Assembly (NCBI GenBank): GCA_022646745.1
Contig: CP060262.1
Span: 1,920,001-1,952,000 of the forward strand
DNA: 32,000 nt
Reading direction: 5' to 3'
DNA from: Planctomycetales bacterium
Lineage (GTDB): Bacteria > 4484-113 > JAFGCY01
Made by a program: the position numbers and the translations under genes. The notes beneath the pieces were generated by a model that worked only from the letters and a program-made list of their open reading frames with translations, was not told the origin of the DNA and did not search any database. Positions 28,891-32,000 of this stretch are shown piece by piece (within the stretch, counting starts at the first letter, position 1; each line of letters opens with the position of its first letter).

Positions 28891-31347
28891 GTGAAAGTCC
28901 TCAAGACCGTCTTCAGCGTGATCATCATCGCGGCCCTGCTGCTCGCGGTGGCTGTCGGCGTGTTCTGGGAGAAGCTGCTGTCCCCCGCGCAGAAGCTGCG
29001 CTATGGCAAGCAGTTCAGCGCGGTGGAGGACCTGCGCGAGCAGAGCGCGGATGCCCCGGATGACAGCCAGGCGCTGGCGGACTACGTGGACGGCCTGGCG
29101 CTGGAAGGCAACATCGGGCGGGCGTACTACTTAAGCGAGCTGTATGGCGTGCACAACGACAAGGCCATTGCCCTGCGCGGGCTGGCGGTGCGCAGCCTGC
29201 AGCAGTCCACCGACGGCAGGATCCTCGACATCACCGCCGAGCCGGATGCACAGCAGTTCATGGAGACCCCGGCCTGGGAGGTGCTGCGTTACCTTGAGGG
29301 CTACCGCCATGCACTGAGCGGCGACTGGATGAGCGCGCGCAACGAGTTCATGGGCATCGTCAACGGCGACCTGCCGCCGGCGCTGCGCGGCTGGCACAAG
29401 TACTACCTCGCACGGGCCTACCGCTACGGCGGCGATGAGGAGCAGAAGCAGCTCGTGCTGAAGCTGCTGCGCGAGGTGGTGGAGGCCGAGGACAAGGCAG
29501 GCCAGCAGGGCAGCCTGCTGCATGGCCGCGCGGTGTACAACATCATCGACTGGTGCGTCAGTGACGACTATCCCGGCGAGGACGGCCCGCAGCTGGCAAC
29601 GGAGGCTGCGGATTCGCTGGATGAACTGCACGAAGCCTGGGCCCGGCAGAAGGGAGATACGGCGCTCGGCGACTACCTGCTTGCCAACGGCGATCCCGGC
29701 GGGGCCTGGCGCCTGTCCAGCACGGCACTGCTGCTGGACCCGGCGGGCAATGGCGGCAAGGCGGCCGGCGAGCTGGCCCTGCGCAGCATGCAGGAGATCC
29801 TCGCCGCATTCAGCAACAGGGGTACGGCGGGTTCGCCGGACTGGCAACCGGCGGAGGAGCCGCTGAGGCCGCTGATGAACCCCTCCGGCGAGCTGCAGGT
29901 GGAACTGGGCCGCGAGCGCCTGCGAGCGATCGCCGACTGGGCCGTTGCCAACGAGAAGGCAGCCGAAGCCGGTGCACTGCTGGTGGCGCTGCGCACGCAT
30001 GTCAGCGAGCGCGAGGCCTGGGAGGAACTACGGGTCGGCGAGGCGCTCTGCTACCGCAGCGCCAAGGACCGTCCGGCGATGCAGGCACTGATGCTGGATG
30101 CCAACCTGCGCGGGATGTCCGACCGCGCGCTGAGCGAGATCTACTTCGAGAACGGCATGCTGCTGAAGGGCAGCGGTGAGTGGAACGGCGCGCTGGACCA
30201 GCTGCGCAGCAGTGCGACCTTGAACGGGCCGCGCAGCGGCGAGGCCTGGTTCCAGTGCTACCTCGTGCTGAAGCGCGTACAGGACCCGCTCAATGTTGAC
30301 AGCGCAATCGGCTACCTGCAGCATGTGATGGATGGCGATGCCGCGAGCGATGCCTTCCCGCGGGCCTTCGAGGAACTGGTGCCGCTGCTGATCCACAACA
30401 GCAGCCGCACTGCGGCCCGCCAGCTCTGCGAACGCGTGCTGGGAGTGGCAACAGGCGGAACGATGGAAGGCGAGCGCGGCACGGAACTGGCAACGGTGGC
30501 CCGTTTCTGGCTGGGCTGGATCGCCCAGCAGGAGGGTGACTCCGCGCTGGCGAAGCGCTACCGCAGTGAGATCAGCATCACGCACTGGAACTACTACGAG
30601 ATCACGGCACACCAGGGCATCGAGCCGCACATGGCGAGTGTGCCTGGGATAGTCGACCAGCCGGAGAGTGCCGCCGAGTACTTCGCCGGGATGGGGCTGA
30701 CGACGAATGCCGCCGAGGTCTATGACACGGACGGCCCGGCCGACAGCCAGCTGCTGGCATTCTTCCGGATTGACAACGCCGTGCCCGTGATGGACCTGCC
30801 GAGCGTGCAGTGGCGCGCCACGGAGGTACTCGAGAGCGGGGCCGTCAATGAGGCGGCGCTCCTGGAGTACGTGCTGGCCAAGTCCTACCCGCGGCCGTTT
30901 GACGATGTCGTCAACCCGGCGGCGCGGGAATTCAACGTTGACCCGGCGCTGATCTACGCCGTGATCAAGAAGGAAAGCAACTTCAAGCCAGCGGACGTGT
31001 CCTGGGCCGGGGCCGAGGGCCTGATGCAGCTGATGCCGGAGTCGGCGAAGTGGCTCAACGAGCGCTACTCGCTCGGGGTGGACCTCACGAAGCTGCGCGA
31101 CCCGAAGCAGAATGTGCGGCTCGGCGCTGCCAACCTGCGCAGCCTGTACGACCAGCTCGGGCAGGACAACATCCGCGGCGTGATCATCGCACACAACAAG
31201 GGCGCCGGCAACTACCAGAAGTGGACCGGGCGCTACGGCTCAAACCCGGTGCTGATCAGCGAACTGGTGCCGAACGAGGAGAACGAGGGCTTCATCAAGC
31301 GAGTGCTGCGCTACTACCTGATCTACAAGTGGCTTGAGGAGAGGTAG
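28891..31347 (+). CDS. Membrane-anchored Slt-family lytic murein transglycosylase
   Basis: About 818 aa from GTG 28891 (VKVLKTVFSVIIIAALLLAVAVGVFW anchor). Long alpha-helical repeat region. C-terminal SLT domain with the catalytic Glu context AVIKKESNFKPADVSWAGAEGLMQLMP. The ATG at 28801 would overlap the cytochrome gene by 47 nt and adds non-signal residues. Confidence 0.85.
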   Translation: MKVLKTVFSVIIIAALLLAVAVGVFWEKLLSPAQKLRYGKQFSAVEDLREQSADAPDDSQALADYVDGLALEGNIGRAYYLSELYGVHNDKAIALRGLAVRSLQQSTDGRILDITAEPDAQQFMETPAWEVLRYLEGYRHALSGDWMSARNEFMGIVNGDLPPALRGWHKYYLARAYRYGGDEEQKQLVLKLLREVVEAEDKAGQQGSLLHGRAVYNIIDWCVSDDYPGEDGPQLATEAADSLDELHEAWARQKGDTALGDYLLANGDPGGAWRLSSTALLLDPAGNGGKAAGELALRSMQEILAAFSNRGTAGSPDWQPAEEPLRPLMNPSGELQVELGRERLRAIADWAVANEKAAEAGALLVALRTHVSEREAWEELRVGEALCYRSAKDRPAMQALMLDANLRGMSDRALSEIYFENGMLLKGSGEWNGALDQLRSSATLNGPRSGEAWFQCYLVLKRVQDPLNVDSAIGYLQHVMDGDAASDAFPRAFEELVPLLIHNSSRTAARQLCERVLGVATGGTMEGERGTELATVARFWLGWIAQQEGDSALAKRYRSEISITHWNYYEITAHQGIEPHMASVPGIVDQPESAAEYFAGMGLTTNAAEVYDTDGPADSQLLAFFRIDNAVPVMDLPSVQWRATEVLESGAVNEAALLEYVLAKSYPRPFDDVVNPAAREFNVDPALIYAVIKKESNFKPADVSWAGAEGLMQLMPESAKWLNERYSLGVDLTKLRDPKQNVRLGAANLRSLYDQLGQDNIRGVIIAHNKGAGNYQKWTGRYGSNPVLISELVPNEENEGFIKRVLRYYLIYKWLEER

Positions 31348-31351
31348 GGAG

Positions 31352-31370
31352 GTCAGGCCCATGGCCTGAC
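31352..31370 (+). terminator. Hairpin 5 nt after the transglycosylase stop
   Basis: gtcaggcc-cat-ggcctgac, an 8-bp perfect stem. No U-tract follows, so the terminator role is tentative. Confidence 0.4.
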
Positions 31371-31373
31371 AAG

Positions 31374-31415
31374 GGTGCAGGTTGCAGGGGGCTGCTTGCA
31401 GGGTGCAGGTTGCCA
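31374..31415. repeat. Heptanucleotide tandem tract (unit GKTGCAG)
   Basis: In-register heptamers: ggtgcag gttgcag ggggctg cttgcag ggtgcag gttgcca. Confidence 0.75.
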
Positions 31416-31477
31416 ATTCTTCTATGTCAAATGAATCCCTGGTTCTGTCTCCAAACTGGTGTTGATACAATTTATCA

Positions 31478-32000
31478 ATGAAGGGTAGATTCCAACCTTG
31501 GTTGAAGGTCGCTGGGTGCATTTCCGTTCTGCTCGTTTCAGGAGCAATAGCGATGTCAATCAGTGGGTGCAGGAATGACAAGGACCCACTTGCAGCGTTA
31601 GCTCCCTTTCCGAAGATCGACATGAGCAATTGGCCTGTTGCGTTGCCACCTCCCCAGGATTCGCTCTCCGGTTCACTGTCCGTTGATCCATCAGCTACCT
31701 TTGTCGAGCGAAGGAGTGGACTTTCCGCTGGAGAGGTCTGGGCTTATGCCTTTCATCACAGGATCAGCTTCATTGACCACCACTTCTATTACCAGTCACG
31801 GATGCGAGACGCAGGATTCAGGGTGGTCAAGGGGCGGAACCAGCTCGAAATTGCTGCTCTTGAATCCATAGATGTACGCTGGGCCGAGCAGTATGTCAGT
31901 AGTTCCGGAGATGTACTGGTTACGTTATGCACTTTGCATGACCCTGAACATCACGGTTCTCGATACGAGGTCTACATCGAGAAGCGCAATGACATTCCCG
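31478..32000 (+). CDS. Hypothetical lipoprotein, 3'-truncated by the window edge (not in the ORF track)
   Basis: Hand translation from ATG 31478 stays open to base 32000 (174 codons): MKGRFQPWLKVAGCISVLLVSGAIAMSISGCRNDKDPLAALAPFPKIDMSNWPVALPPPQDS... It has a signal peptide with lipobox ISGC. G+C is lower than the window average. Confidence 0.5.
   Translation, partial: MKGRFQPWLKVAGCISVLLVSGAIAMSISGCRNDKDPLAALAPFPKIDMSNWPVALPPPQDSLSGSLSVDPSATFVERRSGLSAGEVWAYAFHHRISFIDHHFYYQSRMRDAGFRVVKGRNQLEIAALESIDVRWAEQYVSSSGDVLVTLCTLHDPEHHGSRYEVYIEKRNDIP

Noticed and set aside
29131-31194. 289-aa and 388-aa minus-strand ORFs.
   Set aside because: Both are antisense to the Slt-family gene, whose catalytic SLT motif is clear. 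Both have shadow-ORF composition.
1594-31415. Whether the repeat tracts could be CRISPR arrays.
   Set aside because: The period is 7 nt with no spacers. Tracts are 40-100 nt long, and no cas genes are present. They are simple tandem repeats.
31240-31629. 129-aa minus-strand ORF from the track.
   Set aside because: It overlaps the last 108 nt of the transglycosylase gene and crosses the hairpin and heptamer tract. It has no SD or motifs. The plus-strand lipoprotein ORF from 31478 is a better explanation for part of this region.

Overview
This is a high-GC bacterial chromosomal window, about 60% G+C or more by spot counts. It is densely coded. I recognised no rRNA, tRNA, CRISPR array, transposase or integrase. 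Housekeeping anchors are an ECF sigma/anti-sigma pair (122-1497), parA-parB (8456-10104), a crotonase plus holA (10178-11968), a 3-hydroxyacyl-CoA dehydrogenase, a c-type cytochrome lipoprotein and an Slt-type lytic transglycosylase (27371-31347). Most of the rest encodes exported or lipoprotein-type surface proteins: a PKD plus PQQ-like beta-propeller lipoprotein, a 958-aa lipoprotein with cohesin-like and dockerin-like segments, a signal-peptide-bearing tricorn protease homologue, a small PKD protein and a 5'-nucleotidase. Four things stand out. (1) A tandemly duplicated two-gene membrane cassette lies at 22.7-27.3 kb. Each copy pairs a small Arg-rich-tail single-pass protein carrying a C-x-H...C-x-x-C motif with a translationally coupled acidic-tail, TM-anchored beta-propeller. 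All four genes start with GTG. The tails and TM helices are near-identical between copies, the ectodomains have diverged, and the upstream regions share an ECF-promoter-like footprint. I cannot assign it to any described system. (2) An AT-rich islet at about 2.5-3.7 kb carries a single two-TM protein with a possible SieB-like core, next to a D2-only Clp/Hsp100-type AAA+ ATPase. (3) At least four intergenic loci carry in-register heptanucleotide tandem tracts with different units. One of them forms a roughly 48-nt inverted pair. (4) There is a three-copy REP-like hairpin element and a 181-bp element bounded by perfect 25-bp inverted repeats. All functional calls come from motif recognition by eye. 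No searches were run.
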